Shown: piece by piece, positions 37,500 through 46,984 of the stretch
Layout of the letters: each line of letters opens with the position of its first letter
Position numbering within the stretch: position 1 is the first letter of the stretch
Source of the DNA: Oligoflexales bacterium
GTDB lineage: Bacteria; Bdellovibrionota_B; Oligoflexia; Oligoflexales; Bog-1112
Length of the DNA stretch: 64,000 bases
Reading direction: 5' to 3'
NCBI GenBank assembly: GCA_045106415.1
Contig: JBGCEP010000004.1
Coordinates: forward strand, 38,546 to 102,545
Made by a program: the position numbers and the translations under genes
The notes under the pieces: generated by a model
The model's database searches: none
What the model saw: only the letters and a program-made list of their open reading frames with translations
Told to the model about the DNA's origin: nothing

Positions 37500-37951
37500 A
37501 CGGTGAAATGCAGCTGTTTTTTGTCTGTTCAGGGTCATTAAAGAAATAAATTGTTTTCATAAAACAGCGTTGAATTTTATTTAAATCGAGAGAATAATGG
37601 TGTTGTATTTGGAATGTTGGATGTAGTTTAAAGTGGGAATCAGCAAAAAACAGTTAATACACAAATGTTTTTAGCTGTATGTCTTGGCTGTGAATTTTAA
37701 AAATTATTCATTTTATATGCGGAAGCATAGGTTTCCTTTTTATTATAAGCGCCTTTTAAGTTCTTGAGAGTCGGAGACTTTCATATCAAGAGTTTCTTCG
37801 GTTTCATTTGATCTTATACAAAATGTTGTGTAGCGAACTACTCTTAGTAAAGGCCTGGCGTTAGTGATTGTTTTTATAGTGTGATAAATGATGTTGTTGA
37901 AGATTCAACCGGCGATGTTATTGGTTGAACCATTCTTGATGCTATAGATCA

Positions 37952-38368
37952 TTATGATGATGGATGTGGTGGATTTTGTTCTTGAAACATTGGGATAACC
38001 TTTGCGGAAATTGCTTTTTCTTCGAGATGCTCCTTAGGAATCACAGTAAGAGAGTGTAGATGAGTGGACTCGAGAAACACTTCAGGCGCGCAACCAGCGC
38101 GATAGGCCTCTAGCCATCTTTCTGCGCATAGACACCATTTATCACCTTCGCAAAGACCTTGAAATCCAAATTCAGGTCGCGGGGTAGATAGATCGTTGCC
38201 TTGATTTGTTGAAAACTGTAAGAATTCTTTTGTTATGCGAACACAGACCGTGTGCATACCGACGTCGTCCTCTGACGTAGAACATTTTCCATTTCTGAAA
38301 AAACCAGTCACAGGTTGGCAACTGCATTCCTTGAGAGTTTCTCCAAAAATATTTTGGTTTTTATGCAT
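37952..38368 (-). CDS. DUF2237 family protein
   Basis: PVTGFFRNGKCSTSEDDVGMHTVCVRITKEFLQFSTNQGNDLSTPRPEFGFQGLCEGDKWCLCAERWLEA matches the conserved DUF2237 core almost position for position. Start preferred at MHKNQN (38368). Confidence 0.8.
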   Translation of the reverse strand: MHKNQNIFGETLKECSCQPVTGFFRNGKCSTSEDDVGMHTVCVRITKEFLQFSTNQGNDLSTPRPEFGFQGLCEGDKWCLCAERWLEAYRAGCAPEVFLESTHLHSLTVIPKEHLEEKAISAKVIPMFQEQNPPHPSS

Positions 38369-38502
38369 ATGGAACTCCATTATTCTTGTCTCGTTTTTTT
38401 TAAAAAAATCCAAAACAGTGCTATCACGAAATAATTGTTGAAACTAGACTCTTTTGAACGGTGGTATTAAGTTATAGTACAAACTTTTTCTAAGGAGGGT
38501 GT

Positions 38503-39144
38503 GTGTTACAAATTTTAAGGGGTATCCAGAAATACTCGAAAGAAATTTTTCCTCAACAAAAAGGTTTATTTAAGCAGTTAGCAACAGGTCAACAACCTCA
38601 TACAATGATGATCACTTGCTCTGACTCACGAATAGACCCTAATTTGATAACTCAAACTCAACCAGGAGATGTTTTTATACTAAGAAATGCTGGGAATATG
38701 GTTCCTGCGTATGGTGTTTCTCAAGGAGGTGAAGAAGCTTCCATTGAGTTTGCTGTGGAGGTTCTGGGGGTTGAAAATATTGTGGTGTGTGGACATACCC
38801 AGTGTGGAGCTATGGCTGCTTTATCGGGGAAGGTCGATTTGAAGGCATTGCCGTCTATTGAAAAATGGCTGCTGCATGCAAAAGCAACTCAAAGAAAAAT
38901 GGAAGGTAAATCGCCTGTAGTATTAGATGACTATATTGAAGATAATGTTTTGACACAGGTGCAAAATTTAAAAACACACCCAAGTATTGCAAACGGAATT
39001 GCACAGAAAACACTCAAAATATTTGGTCTTGTTTATCGATTTGAAAAAGGAGATGCAATTATTTTTGATAAACAAAAGCAACATTTTATTGAGGTTCGAG
39101 ATTTTTCGAATGAGGATTTAATCTCCTCTTTTGATCTTTCGTGA
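38503..39144 (+). CDS. beta-class carbonic anhydrase
   Basis: Zinc ligand motifs CSDSRIDP and GHTQCGA. GTG start preceded by AAGGAGG. Confidence 0.85.
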   Translation: MLQILRGIQKYSKEIFPQQKGLFKQLATGQQPHTMMITCSDSRIDPNLITQTQPGDVFILRNAGNMVPAYGVSQGGEEASIEFAVEVLGVENIVVCGHTQCGAMAALSGKVDLKALPSIEKWLLHAKATQRKMEGKSPVVLDDYIEDNVLTQVQNLKTHPSIANGIAQKTLKIFGLVYRFEKGDAIIFDKQKQHFIEVRDFSNEDLISSFDLS

Positions 39145-39162
39145 TTTCAATGATTTTTTATT

Positions 39163-40356
39163 TTAAAGATTGATTTTTTGCTCGTTGGTTGTTGATTTGT
39201 TAGGAACTATTTTGCAGCCTTCTTTTTGGAAACTTTGATGCTGTTCTTTAACGTTTTGAATACTGTGATTTAATCGATTTAAAAACTGATATTTTAGTTT
39301 TGTAAACAGGTAGTCTTGAGCTCGTCTGTTTCCGTTTGCGATCAATTTTGAGCGATGCGTTGCTGAGTGAATAATTTTTTGTGTCGCTTTAAAAAGTTCT
39401 TCAGGGTTATTTTTATTGACAAGAATAGCCCCTGTACCACAGGTCTCTGGAATAGCTGTAGAGTTGTGAGCTAGAATGGGAATGTCAAAAAACATGGCTT
39501 CGACAAGTGGGACGCAAAAGCCTTCGTGTTCACTCATACACAAAAGAGCAGTGCTCCTTCTGTAGCAAGTCGCTAGCTGATTGTCGGTGATTGATCCCAT
39601 AAAAACAACATCAGCATCAAGGTTTGATGTTTCATCAAATCGTGTAAAGCTAAGATTTAAATCATTTAAAAGAGAAAAAACTCTTTGAACATAGTCTGTT
39701 TCTAAAATTCCACAAACTAAAATTCGTATTTTTTTATTAGGGTTGTGCTGTTTTAAGGCTTTTAATAGAAAAAGAGAATCATGGAGACATTTATTGCGCG
39801 ATACTCTTCCTACGACGAGAAGATTGATGATGGTGCTATCTATTTTTTCACTTAATTGAAGATCGTCCTTATTTGATGCAAGGCTTTGATAGTCTCTTAA
39901 AACTGCAAGTTGATGAACAGGAGGAAGAGGGCCCTCACCTAAACATTTTGCGTTAAAATTGGAATCAACCCAAGTTTCTTGGCTGCTGTGTACTGTAAGA
40001 GGGATTTGTTGGTAGCCGAGTTGACAGGCTGTATACGCAAGAGAGTTTTTTGGAAAAAATTCAGCTGGAGTGACATTATGAAATCGACAAATATGATACG
40101 TGTTTGCTCGTGCGACATAATAGCTAATGTCAGAGCCTGTAGAAAAATGTTGGATTAAAATATCGCTTGTTTTTTTTGGGTTAAGAAACTCATCTAAAGA
40201 TTTAACATTTTTAACATCCCAAGAATTTTGAGCGTAAATATCGCTCTCAAATCCTGCTTCTTGAATAAGTGTCCGAAAAATTTGGACTTCGGTGCCGATA
40301 GCGTCACGAGATCCACATGAAGGTAAGATTTGGTCAATTTTCAAGGAATACTCCAC
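39163..40356 (-). CDS. glycosyltransferase family 4 (GT-B, Glycos_transf_1)
   Basis: C-terminal EX7E-type block SEHEGFCVPLVEAMFFDIPILAHNSTAIPE. About 400 aa. Confidence 0.7.
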   Translation of the reverse strand: MEYSLKIDQILPSCGSRDAIGTEVQIFRTLIQEAGFESDIYAQNSWDVKNVKSLDEFLNPKKTSDILIQHFSTGSDISYYVARANTYHICRFHNVTPAEFFPKNSLAYTACQLGYQQIPLTVHSSQETWVDSNFNAKCLGEGPLPPVHQLAVLRDYQSLASNKDDLQLSEKIDSTIINLLVVGRVSRNKCLHDSLFLLKALKQHNPNKKIRILVCGILETDYVQRVFSLLNDLNLSFTRFDETSNLDADVVFMGSITDNQLATCYRRSTALLCMSEHEGFCVPLVEAMFFDIPILAHNSTAIPETCGTGAILVNKNNPEELFKATQKIIHSATHRSKLIANGNRRAQDYLFTKLKYQFLNRLNHSIQNVKEQHQSFQKEGCKIVPNKSTTNEQKINL

Positions 40357-40448
40357 AGTATGACAAAATTGAGATATTTAATTGTACTCAAGTTGGCAGG
40401 CTGTGGGAACTTTATTTCATATTTTTTCAGTGGAATATGATTGTAAGA

Positions 40449-42767
40449 CTATTTGTGAGTAAAGGTGAAAACTCCATCCCAATCTTCAGCTGGTGGTGCT
40501 TGCTGATAGGCGTTGACTCTATCAATGTAGACTTTTGTTGGTCCGTCGTTAGGGTGAATTTTTAAACAAGTATCGAGATGTTTTTTTGCTGTAACCCAGT
40601 CTTGAGAGAGGTAGTGTTTTCTTGCGGCTTCAAACTCTCCTATGAGTTCACGGATATGATCTTCTTTGGCTAGAGTGTCAGGTCTCATGAGGTCAAAAAC
40701 TTTAATTGGCTCATTTTTTCCTTTGACGCGAATATCATCGAGATCTCTGAATAAATGATGCTTTTGCTGAAATTTCGCGACAGTGAATTCACTGATTAAT
40801 ATTTTAATACCATACTCTTTTGTCAGTCCTTCTAAACGAGCTCCAAGGTTGACAGCATCACCCATCACGGTATAGCAAAAACGTTCATCAGAACCCATGT
40901 TGCCTACAGACATAGGGCCTGTGTTGAGGCCGATTCCAATGTCGCAGAGAGGGTAGCCTTTCTCTTTGAAGTCAGCTTGAAGCTTATCGAGAGCGAAAAG
41001 CATTTTCACCGAAGAGTCAGCTGCCACGTCAGCTTGTCCGTCAAGAGGAACAGGAGCTCCCCAAAATGCCATAATTGCATCACCAATATATTTATCGAGA
41101 ACCCCGCTTGATCTTAGAATAATATCCGTCATAGGGGTGAAATATTCATTCATAAAACCGCATAATTGTTCTGGAGTGAGACTCTCTGAAATTGTTGTGA
41201 ACCCTCTTACATCCGAAAAGAACACAGTGAGTTCTTTTCGGACTCCCCCTAGCTGTAAACTGCTGGGATCGTCAAGAACTTGATCAATGACATCTGGACT
41301 TAAATAGTGAGCAAAGGCTCCTTTTACTTTTTTCTTTTCTTTTTCTTCTGTCATATATTTATAAAGAGTAATGCTGATAAAAAGTGTGATGATTTCTAAG
41401 AATGGAACCCCAAGATAGGTCCATTGACCTTGTCCAAACACAAAATATTGATCATAAAAATAATAACTGAATAAAAACAAAAGCATTAGAATGCCTGACC
41501 ATAATGCTCGAGAAAAAATGATGATCGGGCTAAAAAAGAGCCCGATTGCTAAAATAATTTGTAGCTCTGTTTCATAAATGTCTGAAGGTCGAGTCATGAA
41601 ATTTTGGCTCATGATGTTGTCTGTAACAGCTGCGTGAATTTCAACTCCATCAAGAGTGGGATCAAATGGGTTAGGTCTTTGATCATTAATACCAATTGCT
41701 GTCATCCCAAGCATTAAAACAGAGCCTTTGAGGTATTCTTTTTGTTTTTTTGTAAATCGATTGAAGTAAGCGTCTGCTAAACTAAAATGCGGAAAAGCCT
41801 GGCGACCACCTCTGTGATTAACAAGAACACGACCCATGCCTAGAGGGTCTAACGGAATTTTAATGGAGTCAGATTCATCTTCTCTGCTAATAAGCTCGAC
41901 GGCTTTAATGTTATCAACGCCCATTTCTACAAGAATATCTCTGTCAAGAGCTTCAGCTGCAAGTTTTAAGGATAGGGATGGTAACATTCGGTCGTCGAAA
42001 ATTCTGACAATGGTGGCCCAACGATTTACAGCATCGTAGTCGGATTGATTGCTGAAAAACGAATAATGCTGCGCAGATTGATTCAGTACGGATAGATTGT
42101 TCATAATCCCTGCGACTTTCATAGAATCTGGATAATCTTTGAGTTCTTGGTCGTTAGATAAAATTAAGTATTCAATGACGGAGTCGTCCATTTCATCAAG
42201 TCTGTGAAAAGGTGTTTTTTTGAGACCTGCATCTTCAACTTCGAATTCAGATCCAAAATAAAAGAAGCCCATGATGATGTTTTCAAAATCTGAAATCGCT
42301 TTTGCAAACTCTAAGTCTGCAGGGGAAGTTTTAATGCTTTTAAGCCTTCGTATAGCATCTCGAGGGCTTTTTGGAGGTTTTTGGCGAAGAGCTTTGATGC
42401 CATCCTTAAGGTCAGGTCGCTCTGGTTCACTAAAAATAGCATCAAAAGCAACCCACTCGACTCCAAGGTCTTTTAAGTTTTTTAAAGCCTGCTTATAGTA
42501 GCGTCTAGAAAAGGGCCATCTTCCAAGCTCTTGCAGAGCAGCTTCATCAATGGCAAGGACGCCTATTTTATTTTTTGGTTTTTGAGGGCCTCGATTACGA
42601 AAACGAAAGTCTAAAAGGTTAGCTTCTAGTTTTGTGATTAAATCATTTTGATGAGAGAAATTTTTATAGTGATCTAATAAAAACCACCAGAAAAAAATGA
42701 CAATACAAGTGCTTAAAAGAATGTGTGGGAGCTTTTTTTTAAGCTCAGATATGATTTTAATCAACAT
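40449..42767 (-). CDS. CHASE2 sensor domain-containing class III adenylate/guanylate cyclase
   Basis: N-terminal TM, a ~350 aa extracytoplasmic region (IGVLAIDEAALQELGRWPFSRRYY...), then three TMs. Cyclase core LTVFFSDVRGFTTISE...GDAIMAFWGAP...IGLNTGPMSVGNMGSDERFCYTVMGDAVNLGARLE. TPR-like tail. Confidence 0.85.
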   Translation of the reverse strand: MLIKIISELKKKLPHILLSTCIVIFFWWFLLDHYKNFSHQNDLITKLEANLLDFRFRNRGPQKPKNKIGVLAIDEAALQELGRWPFSRRYYKQALKNLKDLGVEWVAFDAIFSEPERPDLKDGIKALRQKPPKSPRDAIRRLKSIKTSPADLEFAKAISDFENIIMGFFYFGSEFEVEDAGLKKTPFHRLDEMDDSVIEYLILSNDQELKDYPDSMKVAGIMNNLSVLNQSAQHYSFFSNQSDYDAVNRWATIVRIFDDRMLPSLSLKLAAEALDRDILVEMGVDNIKAVELISREDESDSIKIPLDPLGMGRVLVNHRGGRQAFPHFSLADAYFNRFTKKQKEYLKGSVLMLGMTAIGINDQRPNPFDPTLDGVEIHAAVTDNIMSQNFMTRPSDIYETELQIILAIGLFFSPIIIFSRALWSGILMLLFLFSYYFYDQYFVFGQGQWTYLGVPFLEIITLFISITLYKYMTEEKEKKKVKGAFAHYLSPDVIDQVLDDPSSLQLGGVRKELTVFFSDVRGFTTISESLTPEQLCGFMNEYFTPMTDIILRSSGVLDKYIGDAIMAFWGAPVPLDGQADVAADSSVKMLFALDKLQADFKEKGYPLCDIGIGLNTGPMSVGNMGSDERFCYTVMGDAVNLGARLEGLTKEYGIKILISEFTVAKFQQKHHLFRDLDDIRVKGKNEPIKVFDLMRPDTLAKEDHIRELIGEFEAARKHYLSQDWVTAKKHLDTCLKIHPNDGPTKVYIDRVNAYQQAPPAEDWDGVFTFTHK

Positions 42768-42768
42768 A

Positions 42769-42811
42769 AAAAACCCTCCAGAAACCTTAGGGTACGTATC
42801 GGAGGGTTTTT
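42769..42811 (-). terminator. GC-core hairpin between the OM-barrel-like gene and the cyclase gene; its 3' arm carries the cyclase SD
   Basis: On the minus strand: AAAAACCCTCC, a 21-nt loop, GGAGGGTTTTT, then T-ATG (cyclase start at 42767). This is an 11-bp stem followed by a U-run, which is terminator geometry. The GGAGG in the 3' arm is the only SD-like sequence for the cyclase. Confidence 0.55.
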
Positions 42812-42834
42812 GTTTTTTTGAAAGTTTTTACTTT

Positions 42835-43935
42835 TTAAAGATCAAGTGATGATTTGAGTGAAAGAGCCCATCTTCGATCTGCGCGCTGTCCTGGGTACTC
42901 CCCAAGCTCAACGCCGTAATTGATGACTTCAAATTTAGCAAAGAACAAGTTGACATAAGCGCCTAGACTTAGCCAACCGCTTTGAAGGCCCAGCATGACG
43001 CCAACGTCTTGTTTGCGGCTGATGTACTGCCGTCCAAACTCCCATCCCATATTCAGCATTCTGAGCATGTGGAAGCCTTCAGGGTTGGTGATGTCTTTGA
43101 GATCTATTGAGAACTCACTGTGCCAAGGCTTGCCTTTTGAGCGTAGTGCCCAGCCAAGAGAAACAAGGCTTTTTATGATAGGCATTCCGCTGACTGATGT
43201 ATAACCAATGTCATCGACCATGATCCCAAATTGATGATCAGGTGTTATTTTGTAGAGCAGGCCAAGGTCGGTGGCGATCCCTGAACCTGATGTTGGTTTT
43301 AAGAGATCACCAACAGGAGTTGTGCCAAGGGGCTCAAAAGTGAGGATTTCTGCAAAATCTAGATTGGTATTGAGATGGAATCTAGAAAAAGGGCGAAGGT
43401 TTAGCCCGATAGAGATGTTTTTTCCAACATCAAAGGCGTATCCAATATTCCACCCCACGATCGTGTCGCTGGTGAAAGAGGCTTCGGGAGCAGCAGGAAT
43501 ACGTCCGTCAAGTTCATTGCGAGTTGAAACAAAGAGTGCTGTGTCAAATGAGTACAGACGAAAACCGAGGCTCTCCTGTGCTCTTACATATTGGTATTCA
43601 CCAAATTTATCAGTGAATTCTTGAAGAATAGAAATAGGAGTTGGTGAACCTGAAAGAATAGAACTAAATTTACTCATCGTTCCTGCTGCTGACTTGCTAA
43701 AAAACACGTCGCCATCAAGTCCTCGAGTTTGAAAAGTTAGGTTTTTTCCTGCACCTGTAAGGCTTGCAGGATTTTGTCTATAGGACTCGTCTGATTCAAA
43801 AGCTGCAGCAAAAGTACCGCCACGTCCATAGGAGTGAGCGGACTCCAGGGTTCTCTCTCGATTGGGTTTTGCATATAAAGCAAGAGGTGAAAAAGAGAGA
43901 ATAATGAGGAAATTTCTATACCTGTTGACTTCCAT
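42835..43935 (-). CDS. hypothetical outer-membrane beta-barrel-like protein (paralog A)
   Basis: Signal peptide NFLIILSFSPLALYA. N-terminal motif GRGGTFAAAFESDESYRQNPASL, of the kind seen in TraF/PorV/FadL-like barrels. Alternating amphipathic strands. Tail ADRRWALSLKSSLDL. Confidence 0.55.
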   Translation of the reverse strand: MEVNRYRNFLIILSFSPLALYAKPNRERTLESAHSYGRGGTFAAAFESDESYRQNPASLTGAGKNLTFQTRGLDGDVFFSKSAAGTMSKFSSILSGSPTPISILQEFTDKFGEYQYVRAQESLGFRLYSFDTALFVSTRNELDGRIPAAPEASFTSDTIVGWNIGYAFDVGKNISIGLNLRPFSRFHLNTNLDFAEILTFEPLGTTPVGDLLKPTSGSGIATDLGLLYKITPDHQFGIMVDDIGYTSVSGMPIIKSLVSLGWALRSKGKPWHSEFSIDLKDITNPEGFHMLRMLNMGWEFGRQYISRKQDVGVMLGLQSGWLSLGAYVNLFFAKFEVINYGVELGEYPGQRADRRWALSLKSSLDL

Positions 43936-44020
43936 GTGGCCTCCAATCGGTTTTTTTTGCCGATCATGTGGGTTTCACACGACGGGGAGATTGCCGATGA
44001 GTTGAGTGTTAGGAGTTTCT

Positions 44021-45259
44021 ATGGCCTTTATTTTAACACTGCTTATGGGATTACTTCCCCTTGCTCTTCAAGCTCAAGAGCTCCCTGAATATTTTGTGCC
44101 ACCTAGGTCTGCAGCAATGGGGGGAGCTTCGGTTGGAGTTTCTCATGACGAATCTTCCATTTGGACAAATCCAGCAGGTATTGGCCGTATTAGAAAAGTC
44201 AGAGCAAGAAGCTCTGTTCATATGGTTAAAGTTCCTAACCTAGTCGGCGGCTCTAATAACGAGGGTCGGCAGTTTTATAGCTCTTTTCAATCTCAAGCTG
44301 CTCTAAATCAGGACTCTAAGCCTTGGGAGAATATACAAAGAGTTATTGAAGCAACAGAGTCCGCCTCTCAGCAAGCGATTTGGCTAAGAGCGTCTGCGAA
44401 TCCAATCGTTTTTTTTGAAGCGGGAAAAAATACTCCTGTTGCAATAGGGCCCTACACGAATAATAAAGTGAAAAGTTGGATTGACCCTGCTGATTCTGGT
44501 CAAATACGGGTGGATACCATTTTAGATACAGGCGCTGTGCTGGGTCTTGGATTGCATAATAGAACAAACAGGTGGAACCTGGGTCTCCAATTGAGGCCGA
44601 TTCAAAGGTATGCCTTAGAGGATAAAATTCCTGTGTCGTTGCTAGACACAGCTCAGCGTTCAGAGCTTCAGAGCCGTATTGAAAGTAGTGCTAATATAGG
44701 GACGGCCCTTGCGATAGACGCAGGGATGATGTTTACCGTTGCTGATTACTGGTTTCCAACCTTGGGAATTGCTGTTTTTAATTTGCCAACGGGTTGTTAT
44801 GAAAACTATTTAAATCCATACGATGCGACTCGTCATAGTATTTGTGGGACCGTCTTTAACGGAAGCGTTCGTAATAAAGAGGCTCTTTCGGTTGTGGATC
44901 CAACTGACATCCGAATTGGAGTCTCAATAATGCCCAGAATTTTTCGGAAAATAACACTGAGATTTGCCGCAGACTTACATCATCTTTACGTGACCGATGG
45001 AACCAACTTTTATGGGCTTCCAGGTCTAGAGCCCTTGAGACAACTACACGGAGGGGTCGAGGTTTTTGTCGGAAACCCACTGATGATCAGTCCATTTTCT
45101 GCGAGAATTGGGTTTGCACAAGGTTTCTTGTCAGGTGGGTTTGGCTTGAGGATGGGCTCATTTGCGCTGGATGCCACTTTTTATGGAGCGGATATATCTG
45201 AAAATGAGTCTCCCCGGGAAGATCGCAGGACGGTTGTGGGAGCTTCTTTAGAGTTTTGA
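44021..45259 (+). CDS. hypothetical outer-membrane beta-barrel-like protein (paralog B)
   Basis: Signal peptide MAFILTLLMGLLPLALQA. Motif AAMGGASVGVSHDESSIWTNPAGI. Tail EDRRTVVGASLEF ends in Phe. AGGAG lies 6 nt before the ATG at 44021. Confidence 0.55.
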   Translation: MAFILTLLMGLLPLALQAQELPEYFVPPRSAAMGGASVGVSHDESSIWTNPAGIGRIRKVRARSSVHMVKVPNLVGGSNNEGRQFYSSFQSQAALNQDSKPWENIQRVIEATESASQQAIWLRASANPIVFFEAGKNTPVAIGPYTNNKVKSWIDPADSGQIRVDTILDTGAVLGLGLHNRTNRWNLGLQLRPIQRYALEDKIPVSLLDTAQRSELQSRIESSANIGTALAIDAGMMFTVADYWFPTLGIAVFNLPTGCYENYLNPYDATRHSICGTVFNGSVRNKEALSVVDPTDIRIGVSIMPRIFRKITLRFAADLHHLYVTDGTNFYGLPGLEPLRQLHGGVEVFVGNPLMISPFSARIGFAQGFLSGGFGLRMGSFALDATFYGADISENESPREDRRTVVGASLEF

Positions 45260-45445
45260 CGTTTTGAAGTATTTTTCCATAAATATTTAACTTTGTTGAT
45301 TTTTTAGAATATAATGAGAGCAGAATTTCACACTTTTAAGTGACTCTATCAAAAAAAAACCGCAGGTTTTTGAAGGCTTTTAAGTGGGATGTATGGTATC
45401 AATGGCAATGATTTTTGTTGATGAGTCGTGTTGTAGGGGATAAAA

Positions 45446-46456
45446 ATGCGCCTGTTAAGACTTCAAATAAAAACTTTAAGTATTGTAAGCTGTTTGCAAA
45501 TGTCGGCTTGCATGACCCCATACCAAGAGGATGGAGTCTGGGATCGCTGGAGCGAGAGTGGCGCTGAAGAGGTGGAGCAAGTTGATGCTTCTGAGAGCGC
45601 AGACCTTGCTGAAGATATTCGACGTCTGAGTAAACTGGATAAACAACTCTCTGAAGATGAGTGGACGTATTTACAAGAACAAGTGGAAGATTATGGGGTA
45701 GGGCCTGAAAAAGATGCGCTTCAAGTTCTTGTCGCTGTGCGTCGCGCGTTATCAGACGAGCATGTGGCAAACTCTAATGATTTAGAGTCTGTGGCTTCCC
45801 TTGAAGATATTGTGGCTGAATCTGCTCTGGATCTGCCCTCTGTATTAAAGAGCAACCCTTATTTGATGAGTTCTGATTTTTATTCACTGGCTTTAAGAGC
45901 TGTGGAGCGTTCAGGCAATAGTCATGAGTTTCGAGAAAAAAGTTTGGAGTCAATTCGTCACCGGGCCCGGAGTTGGATGAGCTTAGGGCGAGCGCTGGGA
46001 ATGGCAGATGAGGTGTCTCAAGATACAGCTGCTATTGGGGCTCAAGATAAACAACCCGCTTTGCAGCAAATTTCGATTGAAGATATTGATCATGGAAATT
46101 TAGCGTTTGAGCAAGCTCAAAAAGTAGCAGAATCTGGGCAATACCAAGAAGCTATTCGAATGTTAGAGAATCTTGCGCAAAGCTCTCCAGGACATAAAGT
46201 GATGGCGCAAGCAAAAATTAGAGATATCTGTAATCGCGCTGTTCAAGAGTTAAGACAACAAGCGGCAACAGCCTTCCAAAATGCTGTGCCGATGAGCAAT
46301 GAGCAAGCAAGAACTCGATACTTAAAGTCTGCACAAGAGCACTTACAGCAAGCTTTGACCTTGTATCCTGAGGCTGAAAACTTAGAGACTGTACGGGAAA
46401 ATCTAGCTGTAATCAATTCGACTCTAGAGAGAATGACAGGTGACTCCGGAGCCTAG
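45446..46456 (+). CDS. hypothetical lipoprotein with acidic N-terminal half and TPR-like C-terminal helices
   Basis: Lipobox-like LSIVSCLQMSAC. C-terminal region QYQEAIRMLENLAQSSPGH...LQQALTLYPEAEN. Confidence 0.55.
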   Translation: MRLLRLQIKTLSIVSCLQMSACMTPYQEDGVWDRWSESGAEEVEQVDASESADLAEDIRRLSKLDKQLSEDEWTYLQEQVEDYGVGPEKDALQVLVAVRRALSDEHVANSNDLESVASLEDIVAESALDLPSVLKSNPYLMSSDFYSLALRAVERSGNSHEFREKSLESIRHRARSWMSLGRALGMADEVSQDTAAIGAQDKQPALQQISIEDIDHGNLAFEQAQKVAESGQYQEAIRMLENLAQSSPGHKVMAQAKIRDICNRAVQELRQQAATAFQNAVPMSNEQARTRYLKSAQEHLQQALTLYPEAENLETVRENLAVINSTLERMTGDSGA

Positions 46457-46461
46457 CTTTT

Positions 46462-46495
46462 TCGATGAGAGGCGCTTTTATTGCCCTCTCATCGA
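46462..46495. terminator. 11-bp perfect hairpin filling the gap between convergent genes
   Basis: TCGATGAGAGG (46462-46472), a 12-nt loop, CCTCTCATCGA (46485-46495). It lies between TAG 46454-46456 (+) and the minus-strand stop at 46498-46500. No clear U-tract on either strand. Confidence 0.5.
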
Positions 46496-46497
46496 TC

Positions 46498-46941
46498 TTA
46501 AACTCTGTAATCGGCGTGAAGCTGAGACTCATAAATCGATTGACCTAAAAATAAACTATCTCGAAATGGCGCTTCTGTGAGAGAAGGGTGTCTAATGCGC
46601 AAAGCGCGAATAGCATCTTCAGAGCTCATGAAAATAGGCCATTGTCGACAATAGTCATATGCATCAAAAACCCAACGATTTTTTTCCATAACACCGGCGA
46701 ATAAAAACGGAGTGTGGAAACGTCTGCGCATTTGTAGCATGGACTCTAAAAAGGATGAGCACACTCCTTGTTTGTCTTGAAAGTCTAAAACGACATAAGG
46801 GACTTCAGAAGTGACTACCCAGTTGTGAATAGATGCGGCAAGCTCACTGCATTCAGTGCAATGAGAGGCGGTTGAGGAGCATGACTGCTCAAGGTAGCAG
46901 ACAACAGCGCCGTCAACCACTTTGGGAACGATTTCCATCAT
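46498..46941 (-). CDS. hypothetical protein, possible STAS (anti-sigma-antagonist-like) fold
   Basis: Start preferred at MMEIVPK (46941), 43 nt after the upstream stop. The pattern VVCYLE...PYVVLDFQDKQGVCSSFLESMLQMRR...PFLFAGV...IFMSSEDAIRAL resembles the STAS layout. Weak call. Confidence 0.35.
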   Translation of the reverse strand: MMEIVPKVVDGAVVCYLEQSCSSTASHCTECSELAASIHNWVVTSEVPYVVLDFQDKQGVCSSFLESMLQMRRRFHTPFLFAGVMEKNRWVFDAYDYCRQWPIFMSSEDAIRALRIRHPSLTEAPFRDSLFLGQSIYESQLHADYRV

Positions 46942-46984
46942 GGGTTTCGCCTTAATGTAATTATTTATTGGTTCGACAATTATT

